Shown here: piece by piece, positions 1 through 11,699 of the stretch
Numbering within the stretch: position 1 is the stretch's first letter
Layout of the letters: each line of letters begins with the position of its first letter
NCBI GenBank assembly: GCA_032718475.1
Contig: JAUCBJ010005659.1
Span: forward strand, 1 to 40,215
Origin: Nemertoderma westbladi
Lineage: Eukaryota; Animalia; Xenacoelomorpha
Length of the DNA stretch: 40,215 nucleotides
Direction: 5' to 3'
Notes under the pieces: generated by a model
Seen by the model: only the letters and a program-made list of their open reading frames with translations
What the model was told of the DNA's origin: nothing
The model's database searches: none
Position numbers and translations under genes: made by a program

Positions 1-34
1 CAATAGATTATTTCAATCTTAAAAATTGCCTTTA

Positions 35-248
35 TTAACCCTACCGGGGGGTGGGAGATGGGGGGGGGGGGGTGGGGTTCATATTAGAAAATTTTTGTAA
101 TTCATCTGTATCTTTGAGTCAGGTTTTTTGGCAAAACCGAGATTTCGTGACTTTTCCTGGAAATTTCATGGGAATTCCAAAATCTTCCTTACCCGGCTCC
201 GGTCCAATACCCGGCAAAATTCGTGACCCGGTTGAACAATAGTCCCTG
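35..248. mobile_element. DNA transposon/MITE terminal fragments (piggyBac-like TTAA-CCCT start; hAT-like CAGGG end on minus strand)
   Basis: TTAACCCT at 35-42 followed by G-tracts and a GATTTCGTGACTTTTCCT motif resembling the reverse complement of 36560-36670; ...TAGTCCCTG at 240-248 preceded by CCGG-rich subterminal motifs. Partner ends are not visible. Confidence 0.3.
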
Positions 249-1139
249 TACTATAGGCCTAATGCATGTAATGTATAATACTTAAATTAAGCTATAAATT
301 AGGCCTAAGTTAGTTACTGGAGTTGGTATTGAGAAAGATTAATAATAAATTACTGAAGAAAATTTATACCAGTACTTATGAAAAATATTTGTGAACATCA
401 CTCAAAACTTGCAATATAAATAATTACGGTACCGGTAGGGCAATAAAATGCGACTAAAGGGCATCATTAATTAAATAGAATGGTAATAGGGGAATTTACA
501 AAGACGTACCGGTAATCAATAATTATAAATTTATATTTTACTTTAGTTGAATATTTTGGCCGGACTGGTCACGCAGATCATGGAAGCACCAAAGGCACCA
601 AAAGCCGTCGGAAGGGCCATTATTGGTGTGAATGCGGCGGCTAACTATAGTAAATTAGGGTTGAGTAATTCGAAAAAGCTCTCGTGCTCAGAGAACATTC
701 CCGTTCTATTGGATTTAATGCGAGGTTTGTTGATTTTTATTAAACTAATAATAACTATGAATTAAGGTGTGTTAACATAACGTACAGTATGTGAATATAT
801 ATATGTATACGTATATATGCGTATTATACGTATATATGTACATGTGTACAAATAAATAAAATAATTTTAATTAATTTTTGTGGATTGTCCAGATCTGACA
901 TGTATTAATTAATTATTTATTTAAATGTTGATTTACACCGTGACACATAATAGTGTTATTTTCTGATGACACGGACCCCGGGGGGGGGGGGGGGGGGGGG
1001 GTGGTCCGTGTCCCCCCCAACTTTTTCTAGAAATCTTTATCATATTACTTGAAATTTGAAACACAACTAGTTCAACTCACGGTGGTTGTTACCATGAAGC
1101 CGGAATTTTATATTTCGCCCTTAAATTTTTTTAATAAGC

Positions 1140-1676
1140 GTTTTAAAAAAGTGTCTTTTGCGAAATCGCACCCTCCGTATCATTGCCATTCTTCACTTTA
1201 GTCGTATTTTTTTCATATCAATAGAAAGCTTGCGTTGCAAGGATTCCAAATATGTAACAATGTTTGAATTTCGTTGAGAAATGACTGAGATATAGGGATT
1301 GAAAGATTGCAAAAAGTATTTGTTCTCTGAAGGCCATTTATTCTATTTAATAAATACACGATGTTCTGGAACATTTTGTTTAAGTATGAATAGTTACGCA
1401 ATAGAGATATTGTATAGGTATACGGCTGTCAGTTGCGCACCAACTCATAAAATAAATAATACGTTCTATAATTTTTTTGTGTATGTTAAATAGAATAAAT
1501 GGCCTCCAGCGAACAATAATTCTTGCAATATTTGAACGCCTATATCTCAGCTGTTTCTTAACGAAATTCAGGTATTCTTACTGTATATTTGGAATCCTTG
1601 CAACGGAAGTTATGACTAATGTGAAGAATGGCCACTATGCGTATGGTGAGATTTCGCAAAAGACACTTTTTAAAAC
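1140..1676. mobile_element. Degenerate foldback/MITE with ~200-220 bp imperfect inverted arms
   Basis: 1140-1359 is an imperfect reverse complement of 1479-1676 (GTTTTAAAAAAGTGTCTTTTGCGAAATC vs GATTTCGCAAAAGACACTTTTTAAAAC; GTTGCAAGGATTCCAAATAT vs ATATTTGGAATCCTTGCAAC). The ORF track shows the mirrored peptide LNRINGLQRT on both strands. Confidence 0.8.
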
Positions 1677-1868
1677 TATTTTAGTAGGCCTAATAAGCCA
1701 ATACCTCGGTTTAGCAGTGTACTAAATAATATTGAGCATGAGCAATACGAATATAGTCCTATATTTTTTTTTTTACAAAATGTGCTTTATTTTCAGATGC
1801 AAGACACAAGACTACAGTAGCCTGTTACGTTGTCAGTTATTGAAGAAGCTGGTGGAGATTTATCTGTA

Positions 1869-2297
1869 TTGTTGGACATGGAGTAATAACTGTCAGAATT
1901 GTCGGACATGGAGTTAATAACTGTCACAATTGTCGGACATGGAGTTAATAACTGTCAGAATTGGCGGACATGGAGTAATAACTGTCAGAATTGTCGGACA
2001 TGGACTTAATAACTGTCACAATTGTCGGACATGGAGTTAATAACAGTCAGAATTGTCGGACATGGAGTTAATAACAGTCAGAATTGTCGGACATGGAGTT
2101 AATAACAGTCATAATTGTCGGACATGGAGTTAATAACTGTCAGAATTGTCGGACATGGAGTTAATAACTGTCAGAATTGTCGGACATGGAGTTAATAACT
2201 GTCAGAATTGTCGGACATGGAGTTAATAACTGTCAGAATTGTCGGACATGGAGTTAATAACTGTCAGAATTGTCGGACATGGAGCAATAACTGTCAG
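1869..2297. repeat. Minisatellite, 31-bp unit, ~14 copies
   Basis: Head-to-tail unit GTCGGACATGGAGTTAATAACTGTCAGAATT with few substitutions and no unique spacers. Confidence 0.95.
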
Positions 2298-3879
2298 TCA
2301 AGTCAACTATAATTATTTGTGTTTGAATAATCTACCTTAGATTGTAGTTTACTAATGCAGTATGTTTCAAATTTATTGACACTTTTGTTTTATTACAATT
2401 CAATTTAATATTAGAATATATAATAATATTCCACCTAAATGTATCTTAACACATTATTTCCACTTATTCGCTTTTAGGAGAAATAGGCATTTCAAAATGT
2501 TCAAAATTATGACTACCAAGCCGGGGGGGGGGGGGGGGGGTACCCCCTTAAGCTATTGATTCTCGACTTGAGAACATTGCAAAACTTGCAAAGCGTATGA
2601 TTATTTACAAATTTACAAATAAATAAATAAATAAATATAATAAATTACAAATATAAGTACAATTATTATTCTTTCCCGAGTGATTTGGGGCGGCTGTTTC
2701 AAGTCAATATTTGTTGCAGAATGTTAACATAATGCTTGCATAATGCTGGGGTCTAGATTTAATATTCCTACAATATGCTTTCAAAATGCTGGAATTGATT
2801 CTTGCAAAATGCTAGCATTTTGACAGGGTAAGGGTATGACATTTGTGCTTGCAAAATGTTAGCACAAATGATGCAGAACGATGCTGGCAATATGCTAGCA
2901 CCATTTTAACTGGGATACGACGTTATTTGAAAGCGGTACTGTAATAACAAATTTTCATTTAATTAAAATTGACACCTTCGAAAATAAAAAAAACAATGTA
3001 GTAAAGTGGATAAAGTAAAATGTATACATGTAATAAAGTGGAAATAATGTATGTAAAGTGGTGACCAGTATATACATTATGATGGGGTTCAATCAAAACA
3101 AATGAAATATATTTGTAATCAATCGCAAGTAATAATATCCGAATCCGACCAACAAAGCAAATACAGCAGTTAGTGTAGCTTTTAGGGATATCTCGAGGTC
3201 CCTAAGCAAATCGCACTAACGTGTTAGTGGCACTTACAGTCAGTGAGCTTGGTGGAACAGGCTAAGTCATAAGGGTGGCTCAGGTTAGTGGTACTAAGCA
3301 GTAGGGATGCGACAGAGCTCCGGCTCCGGAAATCCGGAGCTCCGGGCCAATTTTCCGGCTCCGGCTCCGGGCAAATTAACCCGGAGGCAATCCGGAGCTT
3401 ATGTTGTTTAAATTAGAATTAATATAATAAGTTTTTCTGATGTATGAATAATGTAAATATCATAATAATTAACATAATAACTCAATTAAGTAATTTACAG
3501 GTTTTTTTTTTAAGTTTCCTGATAATCCCCCCACCCCCCTTGTGAAATTGTAATAATCAATCAATAATATTCTTATATTCTAATATTCTTCCCTAATTAA
3601 AATATCTTAAATACTGTACATGTACTAACGTTTCGTTCGTCAGTCTAGAAACCCCATTACACTGACCCCCCCCCCCCCCCATCCAGGCTGGTACTGTTCA
3701 TTTGAATAAAATAAGTCAAGCAGATAAGTCAAGAAGTATAATTCTACATATTGCAATACAGCAAGCACGGTTAAGTATACTAATCCATTATACTGTAACA
3801 ACACAGTTACAAGTACCATATGCTCGAAACTATAATAAAGTCGACAATAATGTTAAGGTAGATAGTATGTAAACGATAT

Positions 3880-4664
3880 TTAGTAAATGCAGTCTAGTAA
3901 TAGAAGGTTAAATTTGAGAAACAGCAGTTTCTCGACCCGACTACATGTGGTACGTTCACGCAATGGAGTGTATATCACTACTACCTGACTGAATAACTGT
4001 TCACTGGACACACAAGTCGGTTTAGTAGACATAAATATTCGCGACAGTTCATAAAGCATAGGGTAGCGAGACTTATTTTGAAGCCACCACTTTGAAATAT
4101 CAGTAATTGACCGATCCACTCGTTTATCAGATAAATACGTGTCTAATTCGACTATAGCTGAAGTTGTGGTTGCATCTGGCCCGGAAGTAATAACTACCTC
4201 GTCAGTGTCACTGTCGTCCAGTTCATCAACGATATCTTGGAGACTACCTCATTGCGAATCCCCAACGCGTATTATTTTTATAGGAGGTTCTTCACCCTTA
4301 TCGTTAACGTGAACGCGTTTACCGCTCGTACGCGAACTATCAGGCACACATGTAGTAATAAGTTTACTTATATATTCCTGAGCTGCGTCCGTTGCATTCT
4401 GTTTGGTTTCGTTATCTGCAAACCATTTTAATTTACGACGCGGGTCCAATAACGTGGTAACAAGAACTAGTTTCTTCTTGTTCAGCTCGCCAAATCGTAG
4501 AGTGATTGAAGAGTGCAATGTCTTGCTCATTAAAACTACAAATGTGCGATCATTATAGTTTGAAAAGGTTTGTATCAGTGCCTTACTGAGTACAAATTCG
4601 TCTGCTAATGTGGCATTGTTGTGACTCAGTGCCTCCGACATCTCCTTCACTGGTTTAAGAATTT
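3880..4664 (-). pseudogene. hAT transposase C-terminal exon including the dimerisation domain
   Basis: ORFs 4249-4686 and 3880-4119 share one frame, separated by a single TGA (4249-4251). Motifs: TLLDPR, ELDTYL, WWLQNKSRYPMLYELSR, PTCVSSEQLFS, R..T...VEKLLFLK. A splice-acceptor-like TTCCTTTCAG lies just upstream (AG at 4666-4665). Confidence 0.9.
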
Positions 4665-4847
4665 CTGAAAGGAATAATAATATCAAAATTATCAGAATTT
4701 TCTGATATTTTTTCTGTAATTCTTACTATGGCAACAACCTATAGTCCTAGTACAAAATATAAATATTATATACTATTCTAGAACATAAATAAAATACAAA
4801 ATATCTAGCTGAAAAATAAGATATGTGTCTGTTTGAGTCTGAAAGGC

Positions 4848-5020
4848 TATGTGGGGCGAGCGAATAAGTAAGCGAGCTTAGCATACAGTATGTGTACTGC
4901 TAACAACCGTTTTCGGTCTGTCTGTTGCCTAATGTTTGTATGTTTTTGTTTGAATTTCTAATGAATTTCTCTAAATTTGATGAAATTAAACCAAACTTAG
5001 TACAGTAGTCTGAAAATGGA
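4848..5020 (-). mobile_element. Dispersed repeat nested in the hAT (possibly Helentron/HINE-like)
   Basis: The reverse complement CTGTATGCTAAGCTCGCTTACTTATTCGCTCGCCCCACATA matches 30820-30862; adjacent CAGA repeats. The family label is inference. Confidence 0.45.
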
Positions 5021-5883
5021 GGCATTCATAAAGTATGTCACATAGAGGCCTACATCGGGTGAATTAATTTAATAGGTAAAGTCTTTTAAGTTTAACGTGA
5101 ACTGAAAACTTTAATTGTGAACTGAAAAGTCTAAACCATTACAGTATATTTTTGCCCAATGAACACCACATATGAGAGTATTTGGATGCAATCAAAATAC
5201 ATCCCTCTCCAGGAGAAAATCGAGGCAAATAACTGCTGATTTCTCCCAAAAATAAAATTGTAACCTGTTCTATTGAATATACTGTAGTTTATTGTTTTAA
5301 TTAGAATAGCATTCGACTGTAAACTGCTCATTTCCCTTAATTGATAATTTAACATTGAGGCGAGATATTAATTCGCCGAGTAAGAATTTGCATCAAATCC
5401 CCCCCACCCCCCCCCCCCCTGTCACATGAACACATATCTGTCTATGTCTACTATAATAATACACTGGAATTATCAATCACCAAACCTCCGGCTCTGGCTC
5501 CGGCCGGAGCTCATATTGTAACCCGGAGGAACCTCCGGGCTCCGGCTCCGGATGAAATTTTAGCTCTGTCGCATCGCTACTAAGCAGTTAGCACCTACAC
5601 TAAGCGGTTAGTGAGAGTTGGTGGAACCGGCTGCTGGTCCGATGTGTCTTCATGTGCAAATATATGTAGGCCCCGCTCATATTGTACGGTGCGATAATGC
5701 ATACAATTTACTATGCTATATTCACAGTACTGTAGTTGTGTACCACAACTGTACCAACGAATATAAAGAGTACACTAGACATACTGTATGTTACAGTAGT
5801 ACCTTAACGCAGATACAGTATTCCTATAGAATATGTATCCCTTTGGCAAATTAGAATCGACCGGCAGTATGTGTAATTGTGCT

Positions 5884-6400
5884 GTTTATTCATTCAATCA
5901 TCGTCTCTATATTATTTTCCTGTTATGCATTCGCAGAAGATCGTCCATTATTGTATATGATGAATAATAGGGATTCTTACATGAATGTGACTAAACTGTA
6001 ACTGATAATGCATTCTCCATATCAGATATTATCTGTGCTATACTGTAGAAGTCATACCTATTCCTTGGAGGGCCATCAACCAAAGCTTTTACGGTGATTC
6101 ATTATAGTCGTTTAAGAATCCTAATGGTTCTTGAAGACATATTATAATCATACAGGCGTATAAAACAAAGATAATCTTTAACATATTTATTTAATTACTT
6201 ATCTACTGTACAAATCTACATTCATAGCAAGTCATCGACCGTAAATTAATGGCATAAATCATCTCGTTCATTTAGAGCCTGATCCCCTTTATAAGGCGGT
6301 GCAAGCTAGTAATTAGGCCAAAGAATAGAAGGCCTAAATGTTTAGATACAAAACGTATTCAGATTCATAAGGTACAGTATAGCATCGGTACCCAAACTGG
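5884..6400 (+). promoter_or_regulatory. Conserved non-coding module, copy A (putative GPCR promoter/5' exon)
   Basis: Colinear blocks shared with 22746-23221 and 32774-33263: CTAATGGTTCTT (6121), TAAATTAATGGCATAAATCA (6242), TTTATAAGG (6288), CCAAAG..AAATGTTTAGATA. Confidence 0.6.
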
Positions 6401-6445
6401 AGTATAACTCTGAAAGCCTAGGTAGTAGGCTACTACTCTACTACA

Positions 6446-7481
6446 TGTGACGGGACCCGAGTTGGTGCTGGGGTCCCGACCAGGGTAAATCTCTTTTTTA
6501 GTTGTAGTCCCCTACGCGTCGCCGCGCTTTTAATAACTGGAAGCGGATGTTAGTGCCAGTGGATTAAACAGAGCTTGATGTTGATATTACTTGATGTTAT
6601 TGGGTCTCTGATAGTTTGACATAAGTAGATAATACATCACAATGGTTGATATGACAGTATAATACAGCGGGTGACGGTGGAAAACTATGTAACTACTACA
6701 CCAAAAGCGGGAGTTCTGAGTTCTTGTAAGCATTAGTTAGTTCTGATGATGCCTTCCAGGCATATAGATGCAGTCGGGAACCTAGGACGAACCTAGAATC
6801 CCCCTCCCGTCTCCTCCAGGAACCACCGCAGTTGTTTGCCCCTGTTGTTAGTTATTCTGTCTTGGACGCTTCCTATCATCCCACTTATTCTTAATCACAG
6901 TAATACGTACCACCACGGTCTTACTAATCCCTGTGGTTGGTTCCATGGGCGTGGCCATTATCATCTCTCGATAAAGCTTTGCTGGCGGTCTTGTCACGTG
7001 TCCATCCTGTTTTCCTCTGGTGGCGTCCCACATGATGATCCTCATTGCGCAGTATATGCTTGCCTAGGAAATCTCTAAACTCCGCTTTGTTCTCTACTGA
7101 CTACCTATCCAGGTATCACTGGGTATTAGTAGCCCCTCTGTGTGATGTCACTGTCATCAACTCCTCGTAGGTGAATGGTAACTTCCTCCTGGTCAATTCT
7201 CGATGTGTCTCGTGGTTGATATTAAAGAAACCCCATCGGAATTCTTGGGCCTTCATCCCCTGTCTAGTCATCACACCTACATTGGCCCCGTCTTCGAACA
7301 TCCGGAACTTCTCTTCTTGATCCGTTTCTTCACCATCCCAACTGTGATGAAGAGATTCTTTGACACCAGAAGCAATACCTCGTATACTTTTTGTATACCT
7401 TTTGTTTATAATATCAACCTTCTTAACTTTAGTCCTTAATAACACCGATTCATCCTCCAGTCCTATCATCTCGAATATCAT
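6446..7481 (-). mobile_element. Possible LTR plus 3' internal fragment of an LTR retroelement
   Basis: TGTGAC at 6446 and GTCAC near 7150 bound a ~700 bp segment; purine-rich tract GAGGAGTTGA and an unassigned 121-aa ORF on the minus strand. No TSD and no recognisable domain. Confidence 0.3.
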
Positions 7482-7992
7482 GATACAGAAAGTAATGATC
7501 TGGTGTTGCTCATTCCTAGTTTTCTAAATTTTTGGATATTTCAACTAAAAATACAACATCCAGGAATTTGGATATGATATCCTCGTAAACTCCATAGGAT
7601 TTCGTCTCTGTTCAATGTATGTTTGTTATGATACTGACATGATAGTGAGTTTTCACATGGCGAGTTTTCAACTTATCATTCATACTTATTCCCACTAAAA
7701 CAACCACCAGAATTATAAATAGTTGACGAGTTAGTGTCATAGACTGAAGGAGCAATCACCATTATACATTAACCATTACACAATCAGTCTGATAGTTGCA
7801 TATAAAGAAACACTGAAATAGGCCTATATACCAGAGCACCTGTACTTAGTAGAATTGCTGTAAAAACACTGGAACTAATGACACCAGTTGCAGCCCTAAG
7901 GTTAAAATAATGGGCGCCTTGCACACCAACTAAATCGATGATTGCGTTTTCAATGAGTAAATTCTTGATTCTGTGGCGTAAGAAGAAGTACC

Positions 7993-8860
7993 ATCATCCA
8001 TGTGCTCAAGCAAGCCATCCTTAAAGCTCATGCCCTTACGATCAGATATTTCTTGAGGGCTGTTTAGGTTGATTGTCATGACTTTGGTCTTCTTGGAATT
8101 AAAAAAAGACCAACACTAGAAGCAACCTGCTCCAATGAGCAGAGGAGCCTTTGGTCTCCCTCTAGTGATTCTGACAGTACCCCTATGTTATCAGCAAAGT
8201 CTAGATCAGTAAGGTACTTTGCTGGATTTCCTCTACTTTTGGTCCCAGTAGGGGGTGTTACCATCACCCCATCTTTATTGAGATGGTCTAAGGACGAGTA
8301 GAAGTACATAATCAACCACAATAACAATTAAGGATGGTGCAAGTGTATCACACTGAAGGACTCCCCATAAGACTTCGAATGGAACTGTAGATCATCCTTC
8401 AGCAGTAGACACAAACGTGGTGGAACCATCCCACACGCATTGTTAATGGCGTCAACCTGTTTTTTGATAAGCTCCTTCAAATTTACAGAGTACTGCCCGT
8501 TAAGGGACCTAGATGCAACCTTAATTGCATCCTTGGCTGTCCTTGTGTGTTAGAATCGGCACTCATGCTGCGCCTTAGAGAGGTCATTTCGGCACTTCCG
8601 AATTCTGTGGTCAGTCCTGAGGGGCGTTTTTCCTGTTTTGAGGATATACAGGAACTGCTTCTGCAGCTGCTAACTTAACTGCTTCTGTGAAGGTAGTATA
8701 GCCCTCGCAGTGAACTGTTGCCTCAGAGGCGAGAACCTCGAACCTGTTGCTCAGCTTTAGTGTGAAGCTGGATCTTACACTGGGTTGTAGCAACAGAGAG
8801 GGCTGGTCGTGGTCATGCCGTGGCAAGCTTTGCTAGTGTGATGTCTTACCTTTTTCTCAA
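7993..8860 (-). mobile_element. RTE-clade LINE (family A), degenerate and internally deleted
   Basis: LSNRFEVL region (8611-8826) joined directly to the RT core SRGNPAKYLTDLDFADNIGVLSESL (8076-8327); homologous to 26867-28573. Confidence 0.85.
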
Positions 8861-8864
8861 AGCA

Positions 8865-10013
8865 AAGCAAAGCTATATAATAGAATTCTATTAAATCGCA
8901 TCAGGGATCCCATTGAGAGACTGCTACGTGGGAACCAAGATGCGTTCTGTAAAGGTTGTGGGACCATTGAGTCCATTTTGGCACTTAGAAGGATAATTGA
9001 AGAGTTATCAAAAAATAAAGACACACATCTGGATGTTATCTTTGTTGACTTCTTCAACGCCTTTTATTCAATCTCTCGCTCATGTATTTTCAGCATACTT
9101 TCATTATATATAAAATAATAATAATATAAAAAAACTTTCATTAAATGGGATTCCTGATGAAATTATTGCACCAATCAGATTAGTATACGATGGTTCAATG
9201 ACATTTGTGTCTACAGTTGGTGACAAAGACACGTTCGAAGTGTTTGGGGAGTCCTCCAAGGAGACACACTTGCACCATTCTTACTCATAATTATGGTTGA
9301 CTATGTTATACGCATGCCCTTAGATCATGATAATGATGATGGGGTGATGGTAACTCCACCTAGTGGTTCAAGAAGTCGAGGAAATCCAGCCAAGTACCTA
9401 ACTGATCCAGACTTTGCTGATGACTTAGGAGTACTCTCAGAATCAATAGAGGGAGCCCAACCGCTCCTCACCTCATTAGAATAGGCTGCTTCTAGTATTG
9501 GTACTTTATTTACTCCAAGAAGGACAAAATTTGTCAGTTAACTTTGAAAGTCCTCAGCAAATCTCTGATCGGATACGCATAAGCTCAAATGATGGTATGT
9601 TTGAGCATGTGGACGACTTCTGTTACCTGAGATCATGGATCTTCGATTATGCAAGGGAAAGGCATGGACAGCATTAAATGGGCTTTCCAGGATTTGGAAG
9701 TCACCAGAATTCATCGGAAACTTAAGGTTCGATTATTTAGAGCAGCAGAAGTTCCAGTACTCCTCTATGGGAGTCCATGCTGGGTTTTAACTGGTGAGGA
9801 CACCAAATCTCTGGATGGCACATTCACAAGAATGCTATGTCGGATTCACTGTGTCAAGTATAATGCACACATCTCCAACCAGACACTATATAACATTGGA
9901 TGTGTCTCATTGGTCCCCCAAGCTTAACATTAGAACTAAGCTGCCTCCAATTTGCAGGACATTGTTTTTGACCTGAGGAACAGCCTGTGCACAATCCTGT
10001 ACTTTGGCAACCC
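8865..10013 (+). mobile_element. RTE-clade LINE (family A), degenerate
   Basis: AKLYNRILLNRIRDPIERLLRGNQ, GVLQGDTLAPF, DFADDLGVL, KVRLFRAA.VPVLLYGS, with many stops and frameshifts. Confidence 0.9.
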
Positions 10014-10212
10014 TTAAGTCAAGATTTTAGCAAAATGCAAAGTTAACGTAAACAAAAATCCAAATGAAAATGGAGATGAAATGTATTAATTAATAGTTAA
10101 TTAATTAATAGAAATTACGATCAAAAAATTTATTTGTTCTATAAATGTCAAATATCTATTATCATTGAATTATTTTAATATTATATTCAAGATTCAATTG
10201 GAATTAAGGAAA

Positions 10213-11445
10213 ATGCAATACCTGTTACTTTTCATTTTTGTTATGATGTGTTTGATGTCAGCTGGTGTGACGACTAACTATTCAAATATGGGTCTTCCTC
10301 TACCTCGTAATATACCCAGCGTTCCTCGCATTGCATACAACAATCGTTATATAAAGATACTAAAAGACATTGATTATGACCTATACTTGAATGAGGGAGA
10401 AAAATTTGATGAATTTAATGAAGTATTTGAAAGAATTCTCACGCCATATATTTGCACATTTGTTGTAATTGGTTTAATCGGACATGCCATTACCATAGCA
10501 ACAGTTGTACTTGAGAAGTCGTTTAACACGTTGTTTTACAAAATGTTAATTCTCGATGCCATTCTGGAGTCTTTGTGTTGTTTTGGGAGGTTATTGTTGC
10601 GTGGGCAAACTCTCTCATGGTGGGTGAAAACTCCTAATTCGCAATCAAACGATGGTCTGTCCAATTTCGTATATATATCTCCTAATGTGTTGTACTGGAT
10701 ATTTATAATGTCTTGGCCAACGCTTGCATGGATATTACCCTTTGGTGCACATCTGTTATATTTAATTATGGGTCTAGAACGGATTGTTGCCTTGCATTTT
10801 CCAGTTTGGTATAAAAATACAAAACTAAAAAATCCCAAAATGGTTTATGTAGTTTTCACTATAGTGGTTGTTTACTGCACTGCTCTCTATTGGCCTATAA
10901 TGGTAGTATTTAAAGGTGAAATTCATGTGGTTGAAGGTGTTACTGAATATTGGGCAATAGATGGCTATTGGACAGCGAACAATGGGTATATTAATCAGGT
11001 TGATCAAGCTTTGGGTTATTATTTACCAATCATATGGCTTGTACATCTCATAGCAATAATTATTGTTAATTTTTTAATTATCAAAAAATTCTGCAAGGTG
11101 ATATTGTTGAACCTTCACTCACCATCAATATTAAAGATGTGCAATGCAATAAAACTTCTTATGATAACTGGTACTTTATCTGCTATACACATTGTTTCTT
11201 TCATAGTATGGGTTATAGCAGCTTTTTACTTGTATCATTTGCACAGTAATTTAACAACAATGTCCAGCACAGCAGACATTACTTACTTCATTAAGTATGA
11301 GCGGTTCTTGAACAAAACATCCTATGTCCAAGAATTGGTGTTTATTGTTTATTCTCTTAACTTTTATCTTATGTATGTTATAGTTGGAAGCTTCCGTGTA
11401 GCTGTGATTACCAACATATTTAGGTGTAAATCTGTCAATAAATGA
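10213..11445 (+). CDS. Class A (rhodopsin-like) 7TM GPCR, chemoreceptor/peptide-receptor-like, paralog 1
   Basis: Uninterrupted 410-codon ORF from ATG 10213; hydrophobic leader plus seven hydrophobic segments; TM3 end MGLERIVALHFP (DRY-like); TM7/helix 8 YSLNFYLMY...FR; AATAAA just after the stop. True start is uncertain. Confidence 0.9.
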   Translation: MQYLLLFIFVMMCLMSAGVTTNYSNMGLPLPRNIPSVPRIAYNNRYIKILKDIDYDLYLNEGEKFDEFNEVFERILTPYICTFVVIGLIGHAITIATVVLEKSFNTLFYKMLILDAILESLCCFGRLLLRGQTLSWWVKTPNSQSNDGLSNFVYISPNVLYWIFIMSWPTLAWILPFGAHLLYLIMGLERIVALHFPVWYKNTKLKNPKMVYVVFTIVVVYCTALYWPIMVVFKGEIHVVEGVTEYWAIDGYWTANNGYINQVDQALGYYLPIIWLVHLIAIIIVNFLIIKKFCKVILLNLHSPSILKMCNAIKLLMITGTLSAIHIVSFIVWVIAAFYLYHLHSNLTTMSSTADITYFIKYERFLNKTSYVQELVFIVYSLNFYLMYVIVGSFRVAVITNIFRCKSVNK

Positions 11446-11699
11446 AATAAAAAAAGTACTGAGGTGGTTTAGACCAGAATGTGTGTGATGTCTTCTCTTC
11501 TACATCTCTACTGTCACTCCTAAAACCTTCATTCAGAGGCATTGAGTTGGTATGAAATCTGGATCCAGGTCAATCAGCATCAAGCACTATTCTACCTCCG
11601 GATAGAATCTTTTTTGTTAGGCTAGTGTTAGGCCAGTGTCATTCATCATAACTAACATTGATATAGGCTCGATATACACTTGATACTTGATATACATCT

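Larger units (their letters stand above)
3302..5579 (-). mobile_element. Non-autonomous hAT (Ac-like) transposon, internal deletion derivative
   Basis: 18-bp TIRs TAGGGATGCGACAGAGCT / AGCTCTGTCGCATCGCTA (1 mismatch); perfect 8-bp TSD CTAAGCAG at 3294-3301 and 5580-5587; dense CTCCGG/CCGGAG subterminal repeats at both ends; transposase remnant inside. Confidence 0.95.

Noticed and set aside
620-660. rRNA-like GCGGCGGCTAACTAT motif
   Set aside because: Too short and without flanking large-subunit rRNA similarity.
1869-2297. CRISPR array (31-bp repeats)
   Set aside because: Units are contiguous with no unique spacers, there are no cas genes, and the context is eukaryotic.
10165-10212. TTG start given by the ORF track for receptor 1
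   Set aside because: Eukaryotic gene; the first in-frame ATG is 10213 and it aligns with the ATGCAA upstream of paralog 2.
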